Of a stretch of 64,000 nt of DNA, positions 1 to 7,406 are shown piece after piece. Numbering within the stretch: the first letter of the stretch is position 1; each line of letters starts with the position of its first letter. The position numbers and the translations under genes are program-made. Under the pieces are notes generated by a model, which searched no databases, was not told the DNA's origin, and was given only the letters and a program-made list of their open reading frames with translations. Source of the stretch: Candidatus Woesearchaeota archaeon (GTDB taxonomy: Archaea > Nanobdellota > Nanobdellia > Woesearchaeales > JABGUJ01); NCBI GenBank assembly GCA_018646625.1, contig JABGUJ010000001.1, positions 255,534 through 319,533 on the forward strand. Reading direction: 5' to 3'.

Positions 1-420
1 ACCAGGATTAGCCCATTTAATTAAACAAACACAGGCCTGCCCTCCAATACAAGAAGTAGGTCGAGGCATATGGAGAAATCCTGTCGTATCATAAGCGGAG
101 CCAATTTCAATCTTGACAAAAGAAATAGAAATTTCATCATCGAAAGGATCAAAACCAACCAAAGCCATTCCTTTACCAACAAAAAAAGGAATCTCGGTGT
201 ATTCAAAGCCACCTTCATTTTTTGAATATAGGTTTTCAATAGTTCCTGTAAGACGCTGATAAGAATTAACAGTTCCTTGATCAACATCACTTGACGAGAA
301 CAAACTACCAAACAAGTTATAACCAACATAAATAGCCAAGCCTAGAATGAACCCGAAAATCATCAAGTAAGCTAATTCGGTCCAGAGCTTACTAACACCT
401 CTTTTTTTTGAAAAAAACAC
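1..420 (-). CDS. Pilin-like (class III signal peptide) protein, 3'-truncated at window edge; not in ORF track
   Basis: Manual translation from GTG at 420: MFFSKKRG/VSKLWTELAYLMIFGFILGLAIYVGY...RPTSCIGGQACVCLIKWANPG, open to base 1; basic leader-G followed by a hydrophobic helix, like its neighbours. Confidence 0.75.
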   Translation of the reverse strand, partial: MFFSKKRGVSKLWTELAYLMIFGFILGLAIYVGYNLFGSLFSSSDVDQGTVNSYQRLTGTIENLYSKNEGGFEYTEIPFFVGKGMALVGFDPFDDEISISFVKIEIGSAYDTTGFLHMPRPTSCIGGQACVCLIKWANPG

Positions 421-432
421 TTTGAAAATAAG

Positions 433-711
433 TTATGCACAAGGCGTATCTTGCACACCATCCTTTAATTTACCAACACAGCAATAAGCTGATCCGCCCT
501 CTATTTTATTACAACTACCCATACATTGACCCTTCGTATCACAAACAGACTTGGACACACAGTGACCCACACAAGTAAATTTGCTACCAAAACTTTTATC
601 CGCTCTTTCACTTGCATTAAAAAAGAAGAAAGCAATTATACCTAATGCTAGTAAACCTATTATAATCATCACCACGTAACTTGTTTCTACAGCACCTTTC
701 TTAAACATCAT
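433..711 (-). CDS. Small 8-Cys pilin-like protein (family A)
   Basis: MMFKKG/AVETSYVVMIIIGLL; start moved to 711 because SD GAGGTG lies just upstream; Cys pattern shared with 722..1057 and 1078..1368. Confidence 0.85.
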   Translation of the reverse strand: MMFKKGAVETSYVVMIIIGLLALGIIAFFFFNASERADKSFGSKFTCVGHCVSKSVCDTKGQCMGSCNKIEGGSAYCCVGKLKDGVQDTPCA

Positions 712-729
712 AAAACACCTCTTAACTAC
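710..729. repeat. 20-nt direct repeat copy 1 (gene junction containing SD)
   Basis: ataaaacacctcttaactac identical at 710-729 and 1059-1078. Confidence 0.9.
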
Positions 730-1057
730 ATGGGGATGGAATTCCAACCACTTTACCTGTACAACAATAAATTATCTTACCACTTGTCGTAGACGCCTTT
801 CCTACAAACAAAGATTTGAATGAACCCCAAAGTCCGGATGATTCTTCAGGAGAAGGAAGCTGAATAGCATTACAGGTCCCCATACAATTAGCACAGTCAG
901 AAATACACGAACCAGGACAATCTACTTTCGCACCTAGCTTGGCATTTGAGCCAGCACCCATATTAAATATAAAATAACCAACCAAAGCCAGCACCAACAA
1001 AGCAAGAATTACCATGACAACATAGTTCACTTCCATTGCTGCTTTCTTTGAATTCAT
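722..1057 (-). CDS. Small 8-Cys pilin-like protein (family A) with loop insertion
   Basis: MNSKKA/AMEVNYVVMVILALL; CPGSCISDCANCMGTC...YCC...PC; SD GAGGTG upstream. Confidence 0.88.
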   Translation of the reverse strand: MNSKKAAMEVNYVVMVILALLVLALVGYFIFNMGAGSNAKLGAKVDCPGSCISDCANCMGTCNAIQLPSPEESSGLWGSFKSLFVGKASTTSGKIIYCCTGKVVGIPSPCS

Positions 1058-1058
1058 A

Positions 1059-1078
1059 ATAAAACACCTCTTAACTAC
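1059..1078. repeat. 20-nt direct repeat copy 2 (gene junction containing SD)
   Basis: Identical to 710-729. Confidence 0.9.
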
Positions 1079-1368
1079 TATGCCGACTTAGATTTACACT
1101 CTATTGGTTTCGCTTCACTGGCTGTTTTATCTATTATACCAACACAACAATATGTATTATCGGCCGCATTTTTTGGAGAAGTACATGCTCCTTGACACTG
1201 ATCACAATCAGAAACACAGAACCCCGTACAGGTCAATTTGTTACCTATCCTATCATTCGCATCTCCGCCCATTTTAAACACAAAATACAAAATAACTGCT
1301 AAAACTAATAAAGCAATAATTATCATAATAATATAATTGATCTCAAGCGCTCCTTTTTTAAATTTCAT
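1078..1368 (-). CDS. Small 8-Cys pilin-like protein (family A)
   Basis: MKFKKG/ALEINYIIMIIIALL; CTGFCVSDCDQCQGAC...YCC...EC. Confidence 0.88.
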   Translation of the reverse strand: MKFKKGALEINYIIMIIIALLVLAVILYFVFKMGGDANDRIGNKLTCTGFCVSDCDQCQGACTSPKNAADNTYCCVGIIDKTASEAKPIECKSKSA

Positions 1369-1380
1369 AAAATCATACCT

Positions 1381-1677
1381 CTACGACGCACTAGTCTCAA
1401 AAAACTGACACTGCATCGTTAACAACGTATTTGACTTATTCTCCTGGAAACAAAAACAACCCTCCCGCCTACATTGGGCTCTACAGTTAGCAAGATCATT
1501 ACCTTCATGCTCAATACAGCCTTGCCTAAGCGCACCATCCTCAAGTTTATCTATTTTATCGGGAGCCTTTTCAAATAAGTAAGAATAAATAAACCAAATC
1601 ATTAAACCTAAGAACAAAAGACCTATGAGCCAACGAATAACCTGATCTCTGGTAACTGTTCCCTTCTTGCCTCTCAT
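1381..1677 (-). CDS. Small Cys-rich pilin-like protein
   Basis: MRGKKG/TVTRDQVIRWLIGLLFLG; 6 Cys in the C-terminal half. Confidence 0.8.
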   Translation of the reverse strand: MRGKKGTVTRDQVIRWLIGLLFLGLMIWFIYSYLFEKAPDKIDKLEDGALRQGCIEHEGNDLANCRAQCRREGCFCFQENKSNTLLTMQCQFFETSAS

Positions 1678-1679
1678 TT

Positions 1680-1958
1680 TTATTTATTACAACAAACAGT
1701 TGCAGTGCCTCCGCTTTTTGAACAAGTAAACTGTCCGGATTTAGGATTGCCGCCAATACATAAAGTCGATGCAGCAACACAAACATTATTTGTACCTGGC
1801 AACTCACATTCGTTAGTAAAAGATTTTTCAGTTGCGTCTGCACCTTCTCTCCAAGTAGTGAACTTACCAGCAAAGATTGCAACTATAACAACCAAAACAA
1901 TTAGTCCAATAACCGCAACTATAATCATGTTTAAACTTAATTCAGCATCTTTATTCAT
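1680..1958 (-). CDS. Small 6-Cys pilin-like protein (family B)
   Basis: MNKDA/ELSLNMIIVAVIGLIVLVVIVAIFAGK; C-x8-C-x6-C-x11-C-x9-CC; SD AGGTGA upstream. Confidence 0.88.
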   Translation of the reverse strand: MNKDAELSLNMIIVAVIGLIVLVVIVAIFAGKFTTWREGADATEKSFTNECELPGTNNVCVAASTLCIGGNPKSGQFTCSKSGGTATVCCNK

Positions 1959-1968
1959 TCTTAATCAC

Positions 1969-2274
1969 CTAGTCAGCGGAATCATCATCTGCATTATCGT
2001 CAACGGAGTCAGCTTTTTCGCCGCCACCAAAACCCATAGGCCTACAACAAATTTCACCTTCGGTAGGACAACTTGCGCCCCAGACAGCAATTGGCTTATC
2101 GACCGGACATGCTAAGCCTTCGTCACAGTCCCCGCCTTTATTCTCACAATTAGATACACTATCACCAAAAGTATTCGCCTTACCAGCAAAAATCGCCACT
2201 ATAACAACTAGAACAATCAAAGCAATTATTGCCATGATCATAAGATTAACACTGATATTGGCTTTCTTTAACAT
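1969..2274 (-). CDS. Small 6-Cys pilin-like protein (family B) with acidic tail
   Basis: MLKKA/NISVNLMIMAIIALIVLVVIVAIFAGK; C-x6-C-x5-C-x12-C-x6-CC; tail DSVDDNADDDSAD. Confidence 0.88.
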   Translation of the reverse strand: MLKKANISVNLMIMAIIALIVLVVIVAIFAGKANTFGDSVSNCENKGGDCDEGLACPVDKPIAVWGASCPTEGEICCRPMGFGGGEKADSVDDNADDDSAD

Positions 2275-2278
2275 TTTT

Positions 2279-2293
2279 AAAAAAAGAAAAAAA
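2279..2293 (-). terminator. Putative archaeal oligo-U terminator
   Basis: T7-C-T7 on the minus strand starting 9 nt after the stop of 2303..2542. Confidence 0.55.
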
Positions 2294-2302
2294 CTAATTT
2301 TC

Positions 2303-2542
2303 TTATACGCTCACACAGCACTTAAGGCCTTCGTCATCACAAACATGAGTTGTTGTTTTCTGGTAATTTCCAGAACATGCTTCTTCAGGCAGACACTGTC
2401 CATTGTTTGCGTTACAACTATCTACGTTCTTTCTAGTAGCACTCATCTTTCCAACGAATATAACAGATATAATCACTAGAACTAGAAGAGCAATTGCAGC
2501 CACAACAATAAGATTAAGGCCCATTTCACCTTTTTTCATCAT
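2303..2542 (-). CDS. Small 6-Cys pilin-like protein (family B); candidate major pilin
   Basis: MMKKG/EMGLNLIVVAAIALLVLVII; C-x6-C-x5-C-x11-C-x6-CC; start moved to 2542 on SD GAGGTGA at 2547-2553. Confidence 0.88.
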   Translation of the reverse strand: MMKKGEMGLNLIVVAAIALLVLVIISVIFVGKMSATRKNVDSCNANNGQCLPEEACSGNYQKTTTHVCDDEGLKCCVSV

Positions 2543-2590
2543 CAAATCACCTCTAAACAAACTTTAGTTAAACTCATAAAACCCTATATT

Positions 2591-2600
2591 AGTATATAAA
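2591..2600 (-). promoter_or_regulatory. Putative TATA box for the small-pilin genes
   Basis: TTTATATACT on the minus strand in the intergenic gap; same 10-mer at 3992-4001. Confidence 0.6.
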
Positions 2601-2608
2601 ACTTGTGA

Positions 2609-3829
2609 TTAATAATAGTTCGAAGAATCGCAACTAAGATAGCCTCTATCTCCCGGAAGAGAATTCTCTTGATAGGACATGCACTTACCGGTGCTCCATT
2701 TCCACTGACATCTCCAAGTACCATAACCAAATGCAGATCTGCCAGTTCTCCAATCACACAGTTGATGATTAACCTTCAATAACGCAGGATTTATGTGGTG
2801 ACATTGTACTTGGTTTAAAGCAGCACAGACTTCACCCTCGTGCTTCTTATCAGGATCATGAGTATTAACACCAATATCTTGATTATTGTGACACTCACCA
2901 GAGTTAAGAGAGAAAAAACAAGATTTGCTAATATATGCAGAAGATTTAGGTGCAGAAGGCGGAACTTGCGCACCTGGTTTTCTTTCAAAATGAACTTTAA
3001 GCTCATATCTAGAATAAAGAAAACAAGTATCAGGAACACACATTCTAAACTCATTGTCATCATCCATAGAAGCAACTTCATAGCCAGTAAAAAAGTCCAT
3101 AACTGATTCAAACCCAGATCTGCCCATTGATTCACTTATATCATAATCACTACACCCTTTGATGGTCCTACAATAATCAATGGTTTCAAAAGTTCTTCTG
3201 AGACTGGTGGGAGGCATCTCTCCTTTATTGTTAAGCAAAGATACGGCATCATCTTTCAACTTAGCCATCTCAGTCCAGCCCGCCACGCCTATAGGTTCTG
3301 TAAGATCATTACGATTTTTTAGAAAAATATCAACATGTCTAACAGCGGCAAAAGCAGCCAACCTCGGATGACACCCATCATTTGCCGCCTTTGATCTACA
3401 TTTAGCATAAAGACTTTTAAAGTTCTGGGCAGCTTTAGTAAGACTGGCCTTATCATCTTTACGCATTAATTCAATTGCAGGAATATATTCAGTCTTTAAC
3501 AACATAGCAGTCTCCTTAAACATCAGAGATTCCTTACGTTCTTCACCAGACAATAAATTAGAAGCTGAAAACTCACCCATCGTCTTAATATGGGCATCTA
3601 CTTTCTCCAGAGCCTTCGTACAATCAGTTGCATCACAAGGCATATATGCCAAATCAAAAGAGAATTCTAAACGCGCTTCATCAAATACACTAAACTCTTC
3701 TTCTTCAAAACTTCCAAAGATACCATCTGCAATTTTCGAAATTCCAAGAATATCTCCACCCAACCACCAAATTAAAGCAACTACGAACAGAATTATAATG
3801 ATTGCTTTTATGAGTGTCTTCGAAATCAT
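2609..3829 (-). CDS. N-terminally anchored Cys-rich exported hypothetical protein
   Basis: 406-aa ORF with an N-terminal hydrophobic helix, helical middle and Cys-rich C-terminus; no clear class III cleavage motif. Confidence 0.8.
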   Translation of the reverse strand: MISKTLIKAIIIILFVVALIWWLGGDILGISKIADGIFGSFEEEEFSVFDEARLEFSFDLAYMPCDATDCTKALEKVDAHIKTMGEFSASNLLSGEERKESLMFKETAMLLKTEYIPAIELMRKDDKASLTKAAQNFKSLYAKCRSKAANDGCHPRLAAFAAVRHVDIFLKNRNDLTEPIGVAGWTEMAKLKDDAVSLLNNKGEMPPTSLRRTFETIDYCRTIKGCSDYDISESMGRSGFESVMDFFTGYEVASMDDDNEFRMCVPDTCFLYSRYELKVHFERKPGAQVPPSAPKSSAYISKSCFFSLNSGECHNNQDIGVNTHDPDKKHEGEVCAALNQVQCHHINPALLKVNHQLCDWRTGRSAFGYGTWRCQWKWSTGKCMSYQENSLPGDRGYLSCDSSNYY

Positions 3830-3839
3830 CTAATAAACC

Positions 3840-3971
3840 TCAAATAAATGAAGGAAGCGACCAACCTTTTGTAGCAAAATGATATATTAAAAACAAAACA
3901 ATCAGCAACATCACACAGTAAAATATTATTTGAACTGTAGTGCTAATTTGCGCGCCCTTACATTTAAACAT
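3840..3971 (-). CDS. 43-aa micro-pilin-like membrane peptide (not in ORF track)
   Basis: MFKCKGA/QISTTVQIIFYCVMLLIVLFLIYHFATKGWSLPSFI*; fills the gap between two genes; TATA box ~22 nt upstream. Confidence 0.65.
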   Translation of the reverse strand: MFKCKGAQISTTVQIIFYCVMLLIVLFLIYHFATKGWSLPSFI

Positions 3972-3991
3972 AGAATAAAGTAAACAAACAC

Positions 3992-4001
3992 AGTATATAA
4001 A
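3992..4001 (-). promoter_or_regulatory. Putative TATA box (leaderless start at 3971)
   Basis: TTTATATACT at typical archaeal spacing from the ATG at 3971. Confidence 0.6.
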
Positions 4002-4003
4002 CA

Positions 4004-4879
4004 TTACTCCTTAGATTGCTTTCCTCTAAGCTCATTACAATTTAATTTATACAGTTCATCATAAGGCAATAAAACAACCTTAGAACTCCAAGTACTATCT
4101 GATTCACTATCCGATGCAATTGAAGCGCCAGTAATCACACCAGCTGCAACTATAACTGAGCCTGCAAGCAATCCAATCGGCGCCCCAACTGTCACTAAAA
4201 TGCCAGCACCAATCAAACCCGCGGCACCGCCAGCAACCGAACCCAGACCAATCTTCTCAAACATGCTCCAATCTTGATTTTTCATAAAAGTAAAAACAAC
4301 AGCATACGGTTCATTAGTTGTAAGATCATCCTCAACCGTCCCTATGTTATCAATCACATCAGGACCAGCAACATGACCAGTTAAAAACTCAAAATATGAT
4401 TTTTTTCTATCACCTGGAGAAGGAGTCTTAGCTAAATAAGAAACAAAATCTGGAGCCACATGACCTGCTTCAGGAAATTCAAAAACAGAACAAACATAAC
4501 AAAATTTAGTTACACCAGATCTATCTGCAGAGAAAACATCCAACTCACCTTTCCAAAAGCTATCATAACAATAATACATACCATCAGCAAGAGTTTTTTT
4601 AATATAATTCCCATACTGCTCTTCATCCCGACCACTTGGACCAGGAACAGTAATATATTGCGTTTCACAGTTTAAATGATCTATAAATTCTTCATTCTGA
4701 ATATTAGTAGAGGCATGTATCAAAACACTTTGCTTGCATTGTTGAGACGGAACTACAACATCCCTTACATGCACCGCCGTAGAACGAAACAAAACAACAA
4801 ATAATAATGTAATAACCATCATAATAATGAGTGTCAAAATAAAGAACTTAAACACATTACCTGAACGATTACTAAACAT
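4004..4879 (-). CDS. Pilin-like protein with internal glycine-zipper hydrophobic segment
   Basis: MFSNRSG/NVFKFFILTL; Cys pattern shared with 4881..5672; GLGSVAGGAAGLIGAGILVTVGAPIGLLAGSVIVAAGVITGASIA near the C-terminus. Confidence 0.8.
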   Translation of the reverse strand: MFSNRSGNVFKFFILTLIIMMVITLLFVVLFRSTAVHVRDVVVPSQQCKQSVLIHASTNIQNEEFIDHLNCETQYITVPGPSGRDEEQYGNYIKKTLADGMYYCYDSFWKGELDVFSADRSGVTKFCYVCSVFEFPEAGHVAPDFVSYLAKTPSPGDRKKSYFEFLTGHVAGPDVIDNIGTVEDDLTTNEPYAVVFTFMKNQDWSMFEKIGLGSVAGGAAGLIGAGILVTVGAPIGLLAGSVIVAAGVITGASIASDSESDSTWSSKVVLLPYDELYKLNCNELRGKQSKE

Positions 4880-4880
4880 T

Positions 4881-5672
4881 TTAATTCATAATCCTCTTAC
4901 AACCGGAGCTAACTAAATCATTTGATTGATAAATAAACATAGAAGGTCTTTTCTTCCCTTGAGTTTTACTAAACTCCGCATTAGACTCTAAACCCATTGC
5001 ACTATTTATCGCACTGGCCGCCTTCCATAAATTTGCAGGACTAATATATCTATAAACAATATAAAATGGTTTTGCTACATCAATGGTTGTAGTACTATAA
5101 AACAATTCTGCAACATTATGTCCACTTCTAGAAAAATATTGACCATAAGTATAATCCGTCTTTCCATATGGTTGAGAATTCAAGAAGTTAACCATCATAT
5201 CTAAAGTAATCACACTAGATCCAGTCTCTGCCTTATAATCCAAAATAACATCGTCATCATAAGTCACATGAGAACAGAACACACAACTGGTGGCCATGTC
5301 ACTAGCAATCTCTGACCAAATAGGACCCGAAAATGGATTAACACCTTCGCCCATCTTAAACCAACATCGCCTAAATTGATCGGCAACAGATCCCATCACA
5401 ATACGTGCGGTTATATCGCCATCAGAATTCTCAATCATTTTTTTATTGATCTCCATCTCCTCCATAGGACAATCAATATTAACATTCGCAATACCTAAAG
5501 AAACATCTTTAATCGCACTAACTGCAAGAACATTAACTCTACAACGTTGTAAATCAGTCAACCCCTGCAACCACATATAAACAGTATAACCCATTCCAAT
5601 AAGAACTAGCATCAAAGCCACAATAGCTATTAGCTTAAAGAGTATTTGTGCATCTGCTTTTTTATAATACAT
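4881..5672 (-). CDS. Pilin-like protein, paralogue of 4004..4879
   Basis: MYYKKA/DAQILFKLIAIVAL; ADQFRRCWFKMGEG...CVFCS aligns with ADGMYYCYDSFWKG...CYVCS. Confidence 0.82.
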   Translation of the reverse strand: MYYKKADAQILFKLIAIVALMLVLIGMGYTVYMWLQGLTDLQRCRVNVLAVSAIKDVSLGIANVNIDCPMEEMEINKKMIENSDGDITARIVMGSVADQFRRCWFKMGEGVNPFSGPIWSEIASDMATSCVFCSHVTYDDDVILDYKAETGSSVITLDMMVNFLNSQPYGKTDYTYGQYFSRSGHNVAELFYSTTTIDVAKPFYIVYRYISPANLWKAASAINSAMGLESNAEFSKTQGKKRPSMFIYQSNDLVSSGCKRIMN

Positions 5673-5815
5673 TATCCTAAACCTTTATACAAAACTACGC
5701 CTATCACTATAGCCATAACAATAATCATAACCAAAATCGTTAAAATAGAATTGCTTAATATGGCGGGACCCCAGTCCATCGAGCCTTCTCCCTTTTTACC
5801 TAACTGCAAATCCAT
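5672..5815 (-). CDS. 47-aa micro-pilin-like membrane peptide (not in ORF track)
   Basis: MDLQLGKKG/EGSMDWGPAILSNSILTILVMIIVMAIVIGVVLYKGLG*; TAATG overlap with the next gene; fills the gap exactly. Confidence 0.72.
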   Translation of the reverse strand: MDLQLGKKGEGSMDWGPAILSNSILTILVMIIVMAIVIGVVLYKGLG

Positions 5816-6312
5816 AGTTCTACCTTAACACTTCCCGGATTTAAAGGTATCGGAAAGATTTTTGAATCACGTTCTTTACATAAATGCATTTTGTTCGCGT
5901 GCTGTATTCCATGCAAAGGAACGTTAGGATCATGAACATACATATTCAACAAATATGCTCGAGAACCCCACTCTGCTCTTTTAATTGAATTATCTAGCAA
6001 AGCTTTAACAGTGCGATTAACAAAATCACAAGATGAAGATAAATCAGTACACCGTATCGGATTACCTTTTGGCTTCGCACAATTTGCAATCAAATCCGAC
6101 ATATCAACATTCTTAGTACATTCTTCTGCAGACATCTTCAACATTGAATTTACAAAATTAGAAGCAATATTAGATTGAGTAAATGTTTGTTTAATCGAAG
6201 TTGGTTGTTTCATCACAACAAACCTAACTATGAATATTAATCCAACCATCAGAAGTATAACTATCACCGCCAGACCAATCATTTCTGTTTGTCCTAATTT
6301 TCCTCTTCTCAT
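5800..6312 (-). CDS. Pilin-like (class III signal peptide) protein
   Basis: MRRGKLG/QTEMIGLAVIVILL. Confidence 0.85.
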   Translation of the reverse strand: MRRGKLGQTEMIGLAVIVILLMVGLIFIVRFVVMKQPTSIKQTFTQSNIASNFVNSMLKMSAEECTKNVDMSDLIANCAKPKGNPIRCTDLSSSCDFVNRTVKALLDNSIKRAEWGSRAYLLNMYVHDPNVPLHGIQHANKMHLCKERDSKIFPIPLNPGSVKVELWICS

Positions 6313-6313
6313 T

Positions 6314-7405
6314 TTACACAGATTGTCTATATGTAGTTATGTGCAACTTTGCAAATTTGTAAGTATCAGTTACAGGATCTTTAATCGAAACCGGCACCGT
6401 TGTTGATGATGCACTATATGCTGCAGAACTTGTTTCATTTAATCCTGTTAAATTATATAATACTATTTTTGTTGGTTTATCGAAAGTAACTAAGTCATCA
6501 TCAGTTATCGGATCAACCAGATCATATCTTGAATCATCAGAATGACGACCATTAACATATAAATCCCAATATGTTAATCCATCTCCATCAGGATCATCGT
6601 AACCATATATTTGTTCGTAGCACTTATTTCCTACACATTCCCATTCGTCTAACATGCCATCATCATCCTGATCCGGCCATTCAGGTCTAATAAAATCTGG
6701 ATTACATAACCACTTAGAATTATTTAGAGGAAGCGCAATTTCACAATCGCCAGGCACACCGTTAGAATTATTATCAGAATATTTATCTTCCAACCCGACA
6801 GTCTCACCCATTAAATTTGATTGAGGACATAACTCACCATCGTCATTAAAATATGCCAAATCCAATTCAGATGGATTCGTTGAATTAAATACTCTTTCAG
6901 GGATTGAACCTCCTTGACAACTAGGATGAAAATCCTTGCTCGATACAGATATTGCTTCAAGTTTTTGACCATTTACATTCTCAAACTTAGTAGGTAAACC
7001 ATCATGATCCGCATCATCCCAAAAAAATGGATAAATAATCTCAACTTCTATCTTACTTAAACGCAACAATGGATAGTATTCCATCAATCGATCATATTGA
7101 TCCTCTAAAGTACCAGGAATTGAATAGTCGCTAGTATGTCCTTGCAAATATTTACTAAAAGCAATCATCTTCCTCTCATCAAAACAATTATCCTCAACTT
7201 CATTCAATCTACTACATTGAATCTCAGGCAAGTTAGAAACAATCTGTACAACTTCAACCGCCTGCAACTCTTGCAACTCAACTGTTTTCTGAGATATAGA
7301 AGAAGATTGTATCTTAAACCAAAATGAAACACCCAACGCAACTAAAACTATGAAAATAAACAATATCCCAATGGTCTCCGCCATTTGTACTTGTGCTTTT
7401 CTCAT
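6314..7405 (-). CDS. Pilin-like protein with inserted Asp-rich Ca-binding-type repeats
   Basis: MRKA/QVQMAETIGILFIFIVL; DADHDGLP, DQDDDGMLDEWE, DPDGDGLT motifs. Confidence 0.85.
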   Translation of the reverse strand: MRKAQVQMAETIGILFIFIVLVALGVSFWFKIQSSSISQKTVELQELQAVEVVQIVSNLPEIQCSRLNEVEDNCFDERKMIAFSKYLQGHTSDYSIPGTLEDQYDRLMEYYPLLRLSKIEVEIIYPFFWDDADHDGLPTKFENVNGQKLEAISVSSKDFHPSCQGGSIPERVFNSTNPSELDLAYFNDDGELCPQSNLMGETVGLEDKYSDNNSNGVPGDCEIALPLNNSKWLCNPDFIRPEWPDQDDDGMLDEWECVGNKCYEQIYGYDDPDGDGLTYWDLYVNGRHSDDSRYDLVDPITDDDLVTFDKPTKIVLYNLTGLNETSSAAYSASSTTVPVSIKDPVTDTYKFAKLHITTYRQSV

Positions 7406-7406
7406 T

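Noticed and set aside
21..329. 102-aa minus-strand ORF from the track
   Set aside because: Alternative frame inside the better 1..420 pilin-like ORF, which has a proper leader
710..1078. 20-nt direct repeat as a possible CRISPR repeat or att site
   Set aside because: Only two copies 349 nt apart, bracketing a gene and containing the SD; no cas or integrase gene in the window
1571..2479. Overlapping ORFs 1571..1882, 1705..2115 and 2234..2479
   Set aside because: Alternative-frame or antisense shadows of the small pilin genes
433..2542. Small Cys-rich ORFs as RiPP/bacteriocin precursors of the radical SAM cluster
   Set aside because: They have class III pilin leaders, even Cys counts typical of disulfides, no HxS motifs and lie 45 kb away; the 198-aa ORF next to hxsB is the better candidate
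433..2542. Diversity-generating retroelement acting on the pilin paralogues
   Set aside because: No reverse transcriptase and no near-identical template/variable repeat pair differing at adenines seen
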